From an uncultured Saprospirales bacterium (GTDB lineage: Bacteria; Bacteroidota; Bacteroidia; Chitinophagales; JADIYW01): a stretch of 64,000 nucleotides of DNA. This document shows positions 19,210 through 29,184 of this stretch, in pieces. Numbering within the stretch: the first letter of the stretch is position 1; every line of letters starts with the position of its first letter. The notes beneath the pieces were generated by a model. That model did not search any database and had not been told where the DNA came from. It saw only the letters and a program-made list of their open reading frames with translations. The DNA is taken from the NCBI GenBank assembly GCA_938008535.1, contig CALLKF010000138.1, positions 16,930 to 80,929 on the forward strand, in the 5' to 3' direction. The translations under genes were made by a program, and so were the position numbers.

Positions 19210-22200
19210 ATTTTATAATAATTTTGTTTGTTTTAGTATTTTTTTCATTTTGGAATCTTAAAAAATAAACGCCTTTTGCAAATTGCACAGTTGAAATAAT
19301 TTGCGTATTATTTGCGTTTGTTTGTATGCTTTGAATTAGACTTCCATTCGCATTATAAAGCGAAATAGTTCCTGCATCAGACGAAGAAATAGTGAGTATA
19401 TTTTTATCTGAAATCGTTTGGAAATAGAAAGAGTTAACATCATCTACCATTATTAAAATAATATTGGAATATGTTGTTTTACCATCTTCATCTACTTGTT
19501 TTAATCGATAATAATTATTGCCAATGATATAATTAAAATCATCTAAAGTATAATTGTTCAGTACACTAGTTGTGCCATTGCAATCCACAGTGCCAACATA
19601 TTCAAAGCTGCCATTTTTATTCATTCTTTCTACTTCAAAGTAGGCGCAATTTAATTCTGAAGCAGTTTGCCAATTGAGTTGGATAACAGATTTATTTTCC
19701 AAATACTTTCCTGAAAAATTTAGGAGTTCGACAGGCAAAGCAAAATTTTGTAACGTGTGTAAAAATATGCCACTGAATGCAGTAACATTAAAGTTAATTT
19801 CCCACATGTTGGTAGATGAATTCCACGTATTAACAACAGCTGGCGACTGCAGATATTCTGTAGTTCCTGAATAAGTGCCTGGCAAATGCGAAACAGATGT
19901 TCCATGATATTGTGTGATGACTAAATTATTTATGTTTAATGCATCACTAGGATTGGATGGCAAATGCGGATAGTTGCTTGCCACTGCTGTATTGTATGCA
20001 TTATACTCACTTTGCGGCACATATAGCGTAACATTTGCTGCGCCTGAAGATGCCGGTGTGATATCATAATGACGCTGCACATAAGGTTGTGTCTGATAAA
20101 ACTGAACGGATGCATCTATATACAATTTTGCGCTGGTGCTGCCTAAGACGTTTCCGCCAGGTGCATCTACAATTTTAACTATGACGTTGCCTGTTGTGTT
20201 GTCACAAATAAAACGAGTTAAACCATCTGTAATGGTACATGTATTTGTAGAAGCAACTGTTGCCGGTATCACGCTATACACATCAGATGTATCTTTGCAA
20301 CCTGCATTGAAAGTACGCAAGCGATAATTACCAAACAGCACAGGAAAGAATGAATTGGCTGTTGCACTTGCAATATCACTGCCGTTTAACTGCCATTGTT
20401 TGCTGCTGCTAGCTGGCACGGTGGCACTAAATTGTTTTCCGCTACTACAAGATTCTGTAAGCGTAGAAATATTTGGATAGGTTAAGATTTGTATGTTACT
20501 AACAGTATCACTTATTACTGCTGGTAATGTAGAAACTAACCGTATTTTATAGTTAGGTGCTTCTGTTAAACTGGCTGGTGTTTTTGTAATAATAGAATTC
20601 GGTGTAGTGATACTAATTAATGAATCTAAAATAGTTGGCGTAGCAAAAGAACCAACGCTATTACTTAATTGTACATAAAATTTATTGCCTGTTTTAAAAG
20701 TGCCGCAAGTACCTTTATCAAAAAAAACTTTGAGAGAATCCGGTGAACAAATGATAGTGCGCGAAACGGATACTGGTGTTATTTTTGGTGTTGGTACTAC
20801 TTTCATTATCCAGTAATCATTAAATCCAAAATTTGCAGTAGTTTTATTACCAGTAATGCCTGATTGAGAATAACCAGCAATAAGATAGCCACCATCTTTT
20901 GTGGCAACCATCGAAGTTACTTCATCAGCAGATGTTCCACCATATACTTTTTCATTTATTTTTATTCCATTAGCATCTATTTTCACAACCCAATAATCAT
21001 CAAAAATTCCAAATGAATTTATAGTTTTATTTCCGCTTATACCTGATGCAGAACTTGCACCTAACAAATATCCATTATCATTAGTAGGTGTTAATGATAC
21101 TATAGCATCTGTACTTGTTCCACCATATGCTCTATCCCATTGTTTTATGCCATTGGCATCTATTTTTACCAGCCAACAATCCGCGCTACCAAATACACCG
21201 GTAGTTTTATTGCCACCTACACCAGATAAAGAGGCACCAGCTAATAAATATCCGCCATCGTTAGTTATGGTTATTGCAGTTATTCCATCATTTACATTAC
21301 CACCATAAATACTATCCCATTGTTTAGTACCGTTGTGATCTATTTTAACGAGCCAATAATCAGTGCCGCCAAATGAATTTCTGGTTTTATTTCCACTTAT
21401 ATTTGATGATGAGCCGCCACCTAATAAATAGCCGCCATCTGCAGTAGATATAATTGCTTGCATTTGATCAATACCGGCTCCTCCAAAAATGCTATCCCAT
21501 TGCCTGGTGCCATTGGCATCTATTTTTATCACCCAATAATCATCAAAGCCAAATGAATTTCTGGTTTTGTTTCCACTAGCATTTGATTCAGAAATTCCAC
21601 CTAAAAGATAGCCGCCATCATTGGTGGAAATAATGCTTGTTAACATATCATCAGAAGTACCACCATAAATGCTGTCCCATTGTTTAGTTCCATTTGCGTC
21701 GATTTTCACTATCCAATAATCATATAATCCAATAGAATTTCTGGTTTTATTTCCATTAGCGTTTGATTCTGAATGTCCACCTAACAAGTAACCGCCGTCT
21801 GAAGTTGGTATTATTTTACTTAAGGATTCAAAACTCGTACCACCATAAATACTATCCCATTGTTTGATGCCATTGGAATCTATTTTTACTACCCAATAAT
21901 CAGATAGACCAAATGTGTTTCTGGTTTTGGTGATGCTGCTACCAGATGAAGAATTCCCACCTAATAAATAACCACCATCTGCCGTTGGTATTATTATATC
22001 TAAATTATCACCTGAAGTTCCACCAAAAGATGCCTGCCATTCTGTGGTGGTTTCGTTTGTACAATTGCATTGAGATGGTGTGACAACTGTAAATAAGTTT
22101 CCGATAATTACGGTATCATTAGGTGAAGAAGAACTCACTCTGATTTTATAAAACTCACCGATTGCTGTTGTTGGAATGGTAACGGTGAGTGTGCCGCTTG

Positions 22201-25200
22201 CAGCAACAGTAATTTGAGTAAGTAATGTAGTTGCTGATGTAAAACTGCCTGTTGCATCGCTGAGTTCCACTTTAATGGAATTTCCTGCTTTAAAATCCCT
22301 ACAAGAAGTTATACTATAATCTATTGCTAAAGTATTGCCTGCGCAGATAGTAGTGGTGCGTGCAGTAGCTGATAATTCGAGTGGTGGTGCTACTTTGACA
22401 AGCCAGTAATCAGAAGAGCCAAGATTTGTAGTTGTTTTGTTGCCTGAAATTGTTGAATATGAAAAACCTGACATAATAAAGCCATTATCTGAAGTAGTTA
22501 ATAAACTACTTAGATTGTCAGAAATTGTTCCGCCATAAGATTTATCCCAAATCATATTTCCATTATTATCAACTTTAGTTATCCAATAGTCAAAAGCACC
22601 GAGACCACCAATATTTGCAGTTGTTTTATTTCCAGTTGCACCTGAAGCAGATGTACCTGAAATATAAAATCCATTATCGGAAGTTGGTGTTATTGAACTC
22701 AAAAGTTCTCTGTTAGTGCCACCATACGATTTGTCCCAAATTATATTTCCGCTATTATCAATTTTAATCACCCAAAAATCTTCATTGCCAAAATTTCCTG
22801 TAATTTTATTGCCAGAAATAGATGATTCTGTATTGCCAGCTAATATTAATGAACCATCTGTTGCAATAGCAGCACATTGTAGCGTTTCATTTAAAGAACC
22901 ACCATAATTATAATCGCTAATTTTTGTGCCATCTTTATCAATCTTTATTATCCAAAAATCCTGACCGCCATAATTAGTAGTTGTTTTATCAAAAGCCGGT
23001 AATCCTCTTGAAATGCCACATAACCAAAAATTACCATCTGAAGATGCTTTTATTGTTTTTAGTTTATCATCTATATTGGAACCATAAACTTTTTCCCAAA
23101 TCTTATTTCCATCTGCATCTATTTTTATTATCCAGTAATCTTCGAATCCTGATATATATACTGATGTTGATTTATTGCCTGAAACAGAAGAACTAGAAGT
23201 GCCACCCAATATGAATGTTCCATCACCAACAACAGCGATAGAATTTAATTCATCAAAATTACTACCGCCATAATTTTTTTCCCATTGCTTTACACCATTT
23301 GCATCAATTTTAATTATCCAATAATCATTATTACCAAAGTTTGCAGTTGTTTTATTTCCTGATGTGCCAGACAAAGAATAACCGCCAATTAAATAACCAC
23401 CATCTGTTGTAGAAATTATACTTGTTAATTCATCATTGCCTGTTCCACCAAATACTTGTTCCCATTGTTTGATTCCATTTGCATCAATTTTTATTATCCA
23501 ATAATCTGTGCCGCCGAAGTTGGTTGTCGTTTTATTTCCGGAAATACCTGATTCAGAAGTTCCTCCTAAAATATAACCGCCATCAGATGTTGGAATATTA
23601 ACATAAGAAAAATCGCTCAATGTACCACCGTAGCTTTGTTGCCAATCAATTATCATATTATCCGTTGGACAAGTGCATTTACTTTGTGCTACAATGGTAA
23701 ATAAATTGCCAATGATAACAGTATCTTTTGGTGAAGATGAACTCACTCTGATTTTATAAAACACGCCAATTTCTGTTGTTGGAATGGTAACGGTGAGTGT
23801 GCCAATCGATGCAACAGTACTTTGTGTAAGCAATAAAGTTGCTGATGTAAAGCTACCGGTTGCATCGCTGAGTTCTACTTTGATGGTATTGCCTACTTTA
23901 AAATCCCGACAAGATGTTATACTATAATCTATTGCTAAAGTATTTCCAGCGCAGATAGTAGTGGTTCGTGGTGTAGCTGATAATACGAGTGGTGGTGCTA
24001 CTTTTGCAACCCAATAATCATTAGAGCCAAAATTTGCGGTTGTTTTATTGCCATTGATTCCTGAAGCTGAACGTCCACCAATTATATAACCATTATCATC
24101 TGTTGCAATTAAACTAGTTGTTATATCATCTGAGCTACCACCAAATATATCTTCTGATAGTTTAGTTCCATTATCATTTATTTTTACAATCCAATAATCA
24201 TTATTACCAAATGAATTTGTTGTTTTGTTCCCACTTGGCAATGATGGGCTATAACCACTTAATAAATAGTTTCCATCAGCTGAAGATATAAAATTCGATA
24301 GTATATCACCTGATGTACCACCATAAGCACTATCCCATTGTTTGGTGCCATTAGCATCTATTTTCACTATCCAGTAATCATAAGAAAGATTAAAAGAATT
24401 CCTAGTTTTGTTTCCACTTGCTGGTGAGCTAGAATTACCACTTAATAAATAACCACCATTACTTGTTGGTGCAATTGCTTTTAACTCATCAAATGATGTC
24501 CCACCGAAAATACTATCCCATTGCTTAGTACCATTTGCATTTATCTTTAAAAGCCAATAATCATTGATGCCAAAAGAGTTTCTAGTTTTATTACCATTTG
24601 CAGGTGATGAACTGCTACCACCTATCAAATATCCACCATCAGTAGTTGATGTAACCGAAATTAATTCATCATCAAAGGAACCACCATATATGCTATCCCA
24701 TTGTTTAGTTCCATTCGAATTTATTTTAACAAGCCAATAATCTTTGCCACCGAAACTGCTTTTAGTTTTTATACTATTTGCATTCGAAGAAGATTCTCCA
24801 CCTAACAAAAATCCGCCGTCTGAGGTTGGAAATATTGAATTAAGATGATCTACATTTGTACCACCATAAATACTGTCCCATTGTTTAGTACCATTCGCAT
24901 TTATTTTTACAATCCAGTAATCATCAGTATTAATGGTATTTCTAGTTTTAGTGCCGCTTGCAGGTGATGAGCTATAGCCACCCAATAAATAGCCACCATC
25001 GTTTGTTGAAGTGATAGTCTTTAATATATCAAGTCCTGTCCCACCATAAATACTATCCCATTGCTTTATGCCATTCATATCTATTTTTACTACCCAATAA
25101 TCAAAATTACCAAATGTATTTCTCGTTTTATTTCCGCCTGCATTTGAGAAAGAACTACCTCCTAATAAATAACCACCATCTGACGTTGGTATTATTATAC

Positions 25201-26242
25201 TCAATTCATCGATTGATGTACCACCAAAAGATGCTTGCCAATCAATAATAGTTGAATCGTTACAGTTACATTTTGCTGAAGCAACTATTGTAATTGGAAT
25301 TAATAACGTATCGGTATTTACAGGACTGTTACTTACTATGCGTATTCTATAAAATTCACCGACTTCTGTAGTTGGAATGGTACATGATATTGTACCGTTT
25401 CCACTTGCAATATTAGACACTGTTCCAATTGTAACAGGTGCTGCAAAACTTCCTGCTGCGTTACTTAATTGCACAGTAAAATCATTGGTTGCGCTAAATG
25501 TACCACAAGTAATTGCATAATCTACCAGTTGTGTGCTACCTGCACACCAGGTTGTGGAACGCGGTACAATGCTTACTTCTTGCGATGTAATTTTTATTGG
25601 TGTGATAAATGTATCTATAACGGTTGGACTGTTACTTACCAATCTTATTTTATATGCTGTGCCAATGGCTGTTGTTGGTGGAACCGTACATGAAATTATG
25701 CCACTACCACTTGCAACATTAGATACTGTACCTATTGTAACTGGTGATGCAAAACTACCTGCTGCATTACTCAATTGTACGGTAAAATCATTAGTTGTAT
25801 TGAATTTACCACAGGTAACAGCAAAATTTACTGTCTGTGTACTGCCTGCACACCAAGTGGTAGTTGCAGATGAAACAGAAATTTCAGGTGGTTTAACAGC
25901 GCCTAAAAAATAGTTATTGCTGTTTACTACTGGTGAAACTCTGTTTACACGAATTCTGTAATTTCCGGCAGCCGTGTTTGGCGGCAATGTAACGGTAAAA
26001 GATTGTGCGCCTGTTCCGTGTGTATTGGTGGCAAGTATAGTACCTGGGAAAATACCAAAATTCCCTAATTCAATCGTAAATGCTGATGTGCCTCCAAAGA
26101 TTCCTACTGTATAATCTACTGTAATACTATTGCCTGCACAATATGGATCAGCAGGCGTAACATTGGTTACAGTGATTGTCTGTCCATGTGCAAATAATGA
26201 AATAAAGATAAATACTAAAAATATTTGTATACGTATTTTCAT
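19208..26242 (-). CDS. Giant T9SS cargo protein with three seven-bladed beta-propeller-like repeat blocks and Ig-like domains
   Basis: 21 copies of a ~60-aa unit (GGTxxDxLxSIxPTSDGGYLLGGxSxSxxSGNKTxxxFGxxDYWIVKIDxNGxKQWDxxY) arranged in three blocks of seven. Ig-like domains separate the blocks. T9SS-type C-terminus (...GVYFLRFQNEKNTKTNKIIIK). I prefer the start at 26242 (MKIRIQIFLVFIFISLFAHGQ is a signal peptide) over the ORF-track ATG at 26344. Confidence 0.85.
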   Translation of the reverse strand: MKIRIQIFLVFIFISLFAHGQTITVTNVTPADPYCAGNSITVDYTVGIFGGTSAFTIELGNFGIFPGTILATNTHGTGAQSFTVTLPPNTAAGNYRIRVNRVSPVVNSNNYFLGAVKPPEISVSSATTTWCAGSTQTVNFAVTCGKFNTTNDFTVQLSNAAGSFASPVTIGTVSNVASGSGIISCTVPPTTAIGTAYKIRLVSNSPTVIDTFITPIKITSQEVSIVPRSTTWCAGSTQLVDYAITCGTFSATNDFTVQLSNAAGSFAAPVTIGTVSNIASGNGTISCTIPTTEVGEFYRIRIVSNSPVNTDTLLIPITIVASAKCNCNDSTIIDWQASFGGTSIDELSIIIPTSDGGYLLGGSSFSNAGGNKTRNTFGNFDYWVVKIDMNGIKQWDSIYGGTGLDILKTITSTNDGGYLLGGYSSSPASGTKTRNTINTDDYWIVKINANGTKQWDSIYGGTNVDHLNSIFPTSDGGFLLGGESSSNANSIKTKSSFGGKDYWLVKINSNGTKQWDSIYGGSFDDELISVTSTTDGGYLIGGSSSSPANGNKTRNSFGINDYWLLKINANGTKQWDSIFGGTSFDELKAIAPTSNGGYLLSGNSSSPASGNKTRNSFNLSYDYWIVKIDANGTKQWDSAYGGTSGDILSNFISSADGNYLLSGYSPSLPSGNKTTNSFGNNDYWIVKINDNGTKLSEDIFGGSSDDITTSLIATDDNGYIIGGRSASGINGNKTTANFGSNDYWVAKVAPPLVLSATPRTTTICAGNTLAIDYSITSCRDFKVGNTIKVELSDATGSFTSATLLLTQSTVASIGTLTVTIPTTEIGVFYKIRVSSSSPKDTVIIGNLFTIVAQSKCTCPTDNMIIDWQQSYGGTLSDFSYVNIPTSDGGYILGGTSESGISGNKTTTNFGGTDYWIIKIDANGIKQWEQVFGGTGNDELTSIISTTDGGYLIGGYSLSGTSGNKTTANFGNNDYWIIKIDANGVKQWEKNYGGSNFDELNSIAVVGDGTFILGGTSSSSVSGNKSTSVYISGFEDYWIIKIDADGNKIWEKVYGSNIDDKLKTIKASSDGNFWLCGISRGLPAFDKTTTNYGGQDFWIIKIDKDGTKISDYNYGGSLNETLQCAAIATDGSLILAGNTESSISGNKITGNFGNEDFWVIKIDNSGNIIWDKSYGGTNRELLSSITPTSDNGFYISGTSASGATGNKTTANIGGLGAFDYWITKVDNNGNMIWDKSYGGTISDNLSSLLTTSDNGFIMSGFSYSTISGNKTTTNLGSSDYWLVKVAPPLELSATARTTTICAGNTLAIDYSITSCRDFKAGNSIKVELSDATGSFTSATTLLTQITVAASGTLTVTIPTTAIGEFYKIRVSSSSPNDTVIIGNLFTVVTPSQCNCTNETTTEWQASFGGTSGDNLDIIIPTADGGYLLGGNSSSGSSITKTRNTFGLSDYWVVKIDSNGIKQWDSIYGGTSFESLSKIIPTSDGGYLLGGHSESNANGNKTRNSIGLYDYWIVKIDANGTKQWDSIYGGTSDDMLTSIISTNDGGYLLGGISESNASGNKTRNSFGFDDYWVIKIDANGTRQWDSIFGGAGIDQMQAIISTADGGYLLGGGSSSNISGNKTRNSFGGTDYWLVKIDHNGTKQWDSIYGGNVNDGITAITITNDGGYLLAGASLSGVGGNKTTGVFGSADCWLVKIDANGIKQWDRAYGGTSTDAIVSLTPTNDNGYLLGASSASGISGNKTINSFGIFDDYWVVKIDANGIKINEKVYGGTSADEVTSMVATKDGGYLIAGYSQSGITGNKTTANFGFNDYWIMKVVPTPKITPVSVSRTIICSPDSLKVFFDKGTCGTFKTGNKFYVQLSNSVGSFATPTILDSLISITTPNSIITKTPASLTEAPNYKIRLVSTLPAVISDTVSNIQILTYPNISTLTESCSSGKQFSATVPASSSKQWQLNGSDIASATANSFFPVLFGNYRLRTFNAGCKDTSDVYSVIPATVASTNTCTITDGLTRFICDNTTGNVIVKIVDAPGGNVLGSTSAKLYIDASVQFYQTQPYVQRHYDITPASSGAANVTLYVPQSEYNAYNTAVASNYPHLPSNPSDALNINNLVITQYHGTSVSHLPGTYSGTTEYLQSPAVVNTWNSSTNMWEINFNVTAFSGIFLHTLQNFALPVELLNFSGKYLENKSVIQLNWQTASELNCAYFEVERMNKNGSFEYVGTVDCNGTTSVLNNYTLDDFNYIIGNNYYRLKQVDEDGKTTYSNIILIMVDDVNSFYFQTISDKNILTISSSDAGTISLYNANGSLIQSIQTNANNTQIISTVQFAKGVYFLRFQNEKNTKTNKIIIK
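20800..25250 (-). repeat. 21 tandem ~180-nt blade repeats in three blocks (~20800-22050, ~22400-23660, ~24010-25250)
   Basis: The recurring DYW(I/V/L)(V/I)KI...NG.K.W motif was counted directly in the translation, seven per block. Confidence 0.8.
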
Positions 26243-26391
26243 AAGCAAAATGGTTTGTATAAAAATAGCACCATATGTATATAGCCACAATAACACGAAT
26301 GTGTTATACATTGAAATAAAAAAAACTGGTATATTGAGTATCATAAGCTCTATTAAATAGAATTTATCAAGCCATAAAAATCATAAAACAA

Positions 26392-27720
26392 ATGTTCGAA
26401 TTCTTTTTTCTTTTTATTGCCATACTTACGTTTCAGGTTCTCATCATATCTATACAATATGCGTATGTAAAAAGAACGGAGTTTGTGTATTACATTTCGT
26501 ATCTGATGTTGGTTGCTGCATATGTTGGTGGCAAAGTTCTTTTTTTAGATAATATCTATCATCTAAAAGTTAATTCGCTTTTATTGTTTGATAAACCAAC
26601 AGTGATATTGAGCACTATGTTTTATTATAAGTTTTCGCGACAGTTAATGGATATAAAATCAAACCATGATCGTATTTATCAGCAAGTATTAAAAGTGGAA
26701 AAACTCTTGTTGGCTTATGGAATTCTAGAATTTATTATTCTTTTGATTTTAGGTCCAAGTATGATAGAAGAATATATTTTTCGCATTTTTTATTTTAGCA
26801 TTTTCTGCTATTCTTGCCATTTCATGTATAGTGTTTATAAAGTAAATATTTCACCATTTTTTATGTTTATTACCATTGGATCGTTTTTTGTTTTTTTAGG
26901 TACGCTTGGAACTTTTAGTTTATTTGAATTTTACTTTGCAGGAAATAAATTCATAACTAATTATATTCTCTTACCATTCGAAATTGCTGTTTCTATTGAA
27001 ATGGTGGTGTTTAATACTGCGTTAGGTTATAAAACATATTTGAACGAAAAAGAAAAAACAAAAATTGAACAACAATATATTTCTGAGTTAAAACAGAAAA
27101 ATGCTATTCAACAAAACTTATTACAATTGAAACAAAAAATATCGAGTGATTTGCATGACGATGTTGGTTCTACCTTAGGAAATATTTCACTGTTTGCTGA
27201 TTTGAATTTAAATAATTCTGAAAATGCAGCTCGCGAGAATCTAAAACACATCGTTCGGTTATCTAACCAAGGTATAGAAGATATTAGAACAATGCTTTGG
27301 GTTTTAAATCCTGCAAAAGATAAATGGCTGGATTTGTTTGATAAAATAATTGGTGATTTTAAACCACTGCTCGAAAACCTGAATATTGAATTTACTATTG
27401 ATATTGATAAAAATCTTGAAGTATTGAACGTACCTATTTTAACCAAACGAAATACTATTCTTATTTTAAAAGAAGCATTGCATAATATTGTAAAGCATGC
27501 GAAATGTTCGAAGGTATTTTTCACAGCAAATCTTCAGAATGATATAATAAATATTGTATTGCAAGACAATGGAATCGGTTTCGATAAAACAGAAAACTCT
27601 AATGGAAATGGCTTGACAAATATTTTATATAGAGCACATGAAATAGATGCAAAAATTGATTTAAAAAGCGATGATAAAAATGGAACTACGTATTTCATTT
27701 CTTTGACCAATAAAATCTAA
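26392..27720 (+). CDS. Sensor histidine kinase (multi-TM sensor, HisKA_3-type H-box)
   Basis: About 6-7 N-terminal TM helices, H-box SSDLHDDVGSTLGNISL, N-box LKEALHNIVKHA, G-box QDNGIGF. Confidence 0.8.
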   Translation: MFEFFFLFIAILTFQVLIISIQYAYVKRTEFVYYISYLMLVAAYVGGKVLFLDNIYHLKVNSLLLFDKPTVILSTMFYYKFSRQLMDIKSNHDRIYQQVLKVEKLLLAYGILEFIILLILGPSMIEEYIFRIFYFSIFCYSCHFMYSVYKVNISPFFMFITIGSFFVFLGTLGTFSLFEFYFAGNKFITNYILLPFEIAVSIEMVVFNTALGYKTYLNEKEKTKIEQQYISELKQKNAIQQNLLQLKQKISSDLHDDVGSTLGNISLFADLNLNNSENAARENLKHIVRLSNQGIEDIRTMLWVLNPAKDKWLDLFDKIIGDFKPLLENLNIEFTIDIDKNLEVLNVPILTKRNTILILKEALHNIVKHAKCSKVFFTANLQNDIINIVLQDNGIGFDKTENSNGNGLTNILYRAHEIDAKIDLKSDDKNGTTYFISLTNKI

Positions 27721-27774
27721 CTACTTATAAAAAACTGATTTGTATAAAATAGTACAAATACCTATCTTGTAACG

Positions 27775-28434
27775 GTGAGCCAATCAAACGAAATAATAAA
27801 AATTTGTATCGTAGAAGACAATACAGATATGCGAACTATTCTTTCTAAGTTAGTACAATCTGAAAATAGTTTTGAGTTGGTTGGTGTTTATAAAAACGGT
27901 ATAGAAGCATTAAAAAATATTCCAACTATTGAAACTGATATTGTGTTGATGGATATAAATATGCCAATGATGAATGGCATTGAATGTGTGAAAGCATTAA
28001 ACAATCTATCAAAAAAGACGCAATATTTAATGTGTACTATTTTAGAAGATGACGACAGTATTTTTAATGCGCTGGCTGCAGGTGCAAATGGTTATTTACT
28101 AAAAAATTCATCGCACCAAAAAATTAAAGAAGCAATTATTGAGTTATATAATGGCGGCGCGCCAATGAGCACTTCCATTGCGAGAAAAGTAATTTCTGAA
28201 TTTAAACAAACACCAATTATTAAAGATGAAAATCCTATCGACACAAATATTGCTTCACTCACGCAACGCGAGTTTGAAACATTAGAATTACTGGCAAAAG
28301 GGTTTTTATATAAAGAAATAGCACATCAATTAGATATCAGTGTTGAAACTGTAAGAAGACATATTCATAACATCTATAAAAAGTTGCACGTTGCTAATAA
28401 AACAGAAGCAGTGAATCGCTATTTCGAAAGATAA
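27775..28434 (+). CDS. Response regulator, NarL/LuxR family
   Basis: Receiver domain (IVEDN...DIVLMDINMP) plus a C-terminal LuxR HTH (LTQREFETLELLAKGFLYKEIAHQLDISVETVRRHIHNIYKKL). GTG start according to the ORF track. Confidence 0.85.
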   Translation: MSQSNEIIKICIVEDNTDMRTILSKLVQSENSFELVGVYKNGIEALKNIPTIETDIVLMDINMPMMNGIECVKALNNLSKKTQYLMCTILEDDDSIFNALAAGANGYLLKNSSHQKIKEAIIELYNGGAPMSTSIARKVISEFKQTPIIKDENPIDTNIASLTQREFETLELLAKGFLYKEIAHQLDISVETVRRHIHNIYKKLHVANKTEAVNRYFER

Positions 28435-28627
28435 TTTTCATTATTTATTGAAAGTTTGAAAACTACCATAATTGTTAATTTAACACGCCATACATCAAAT
28501 CTAACTTAGTTTTACATTGTCTTTACATTTGAATGAATTTTGTTTCGCTAAGTTTAAAATTCACATTCCTTTAACTTGTCTTTTACAAGAAATACATTTT
28601 TAAATCAAATTTTAGTAATTGCAATAA

Positions 28628-28659
28628 TTTGACCAATGTCAAGGTCTGATTTATCTTTG
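28628..28659 (+). promoter_or_regulatory. Candidate Bacteroidota sigma-A promoter (-33 TTTG, -7 TATCTTTG)
   Basis: TTTG at 28628-28631 and TATCTTTG (TAnnTTTG) at 28652-28659 with a 20-nt spacer. The ATG lies 41 nt downstream. Confidence 0.45.
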
Positions 28660-28662
28660 TAG

Positions 28663-28677
28663 TGTCAAATATTGACA
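28663..28677. promoter_or_regulatory. Palindromic candidate operator TGTCAA-N3-TTGACA
   Basis: Perfect 6-bp inverted arms just downstream of the -7 box. A third TGTCAA half-site sits at 28637-28642 inside the promoter spacer. Confidence 0.3.
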
Positions 28678-28699
28678 AACAAATTAAATCTTTTTAAAA

Positions 28700-29110
28700 A
28701 TGGAATTCACTCAAAAATTCAAAGAAGCTGTAGACACTTTAACAGCAGAAACAAAATCTAACGTAACTGAATTACGTTACAACGTAGAAAACACGGTTAA
28801 AAACGTAGTAAGCGAAGCGAAAGAAGAAGTTGAAATTCAAAAAAACTACTTCAAACAAACAGCTGAAAGAATCCAGGCAAAATTGAAAGGTCCTTTCACA
28901 GTTGAAAAAGTACAAGCTGACGTTAAAGAAGAAGCTAACATTTTCGTTGCTGAATTAAAAACATCTTTCAATAGAAACGCTGACAGAGTTAAAGGTATCT
29001 TCACTGAAGTTGCTGAAAAATCTGAAAAAGTAGCTGACGAAGTGAAAAAAGAAGTTAAAAAAGCAACTGCTACAGTTAAATCTAAAGCAAAAGCTACAGC
29101 GAAAGCATAA
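28700..29110 (+). CDS. Small helical Lys/Glu/Ala-rich protein with basic KAKATAKA tail, function unknown
   Basis: 136 aa, highly charged, no Cys or Trp, C-terminus KKATATVKSKAKATAKA. Flanked by a good promoter and a very strong terminator. Confidence 0.6.
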   Translation: MEFTQKFKEAVDTLTAETKSNVTELRYNVENTVKNVVSEAKEEVEIQKNYFKQTAERIQAKLKGPFTVEKVQADVKEEANIFVAELKTSFNRNADRVKGIFTEVAEKSEKVADEVKKEVKKATATVKSKAKATAKA

Positions 29111-29135
29111 TCTGAATTTTTAGATTAGCATTTTT

Positions 29136-29171
29136 AAAAAGAGCCGCCAATTGAAGAGCGGCTCTTTTTTT
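29136..29171 (+). terminator. Strong rho-independent terminator
   Basis: 12-bp stem aaaaagagccgc (29136-29147) / gcggctcttttt (29158-29169), continuing into a T-run. Confidence 0.9.
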
Positions 29172-29184
29172 ATTATAGAAACTC

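Noticed and set aside
26243-26344. The 34-codon N-terminal extension of the propeller protein (ORF-track start at 26344)
   Set aside because: The extension (MILNIPVFFISMYNTFVLLWLYTYGAIFIQTILL) precedes a textbook signal peptide that starts at the ATG at 26242. It is more likely 5' leader or promoter DNA.
19674-26360. Plus-strand ORFs (19674-19874, 20136-20327, 22716-22907, 22981-23196, 25469-25693, 25533-25913, 26130-26360) and minus-strand off-frame ORF 19720-19905, all overlapping the propeller gene
   Set aside because: These are shadow ORFs overlapping a well-supported 7-kb CDS and have no independent signals.
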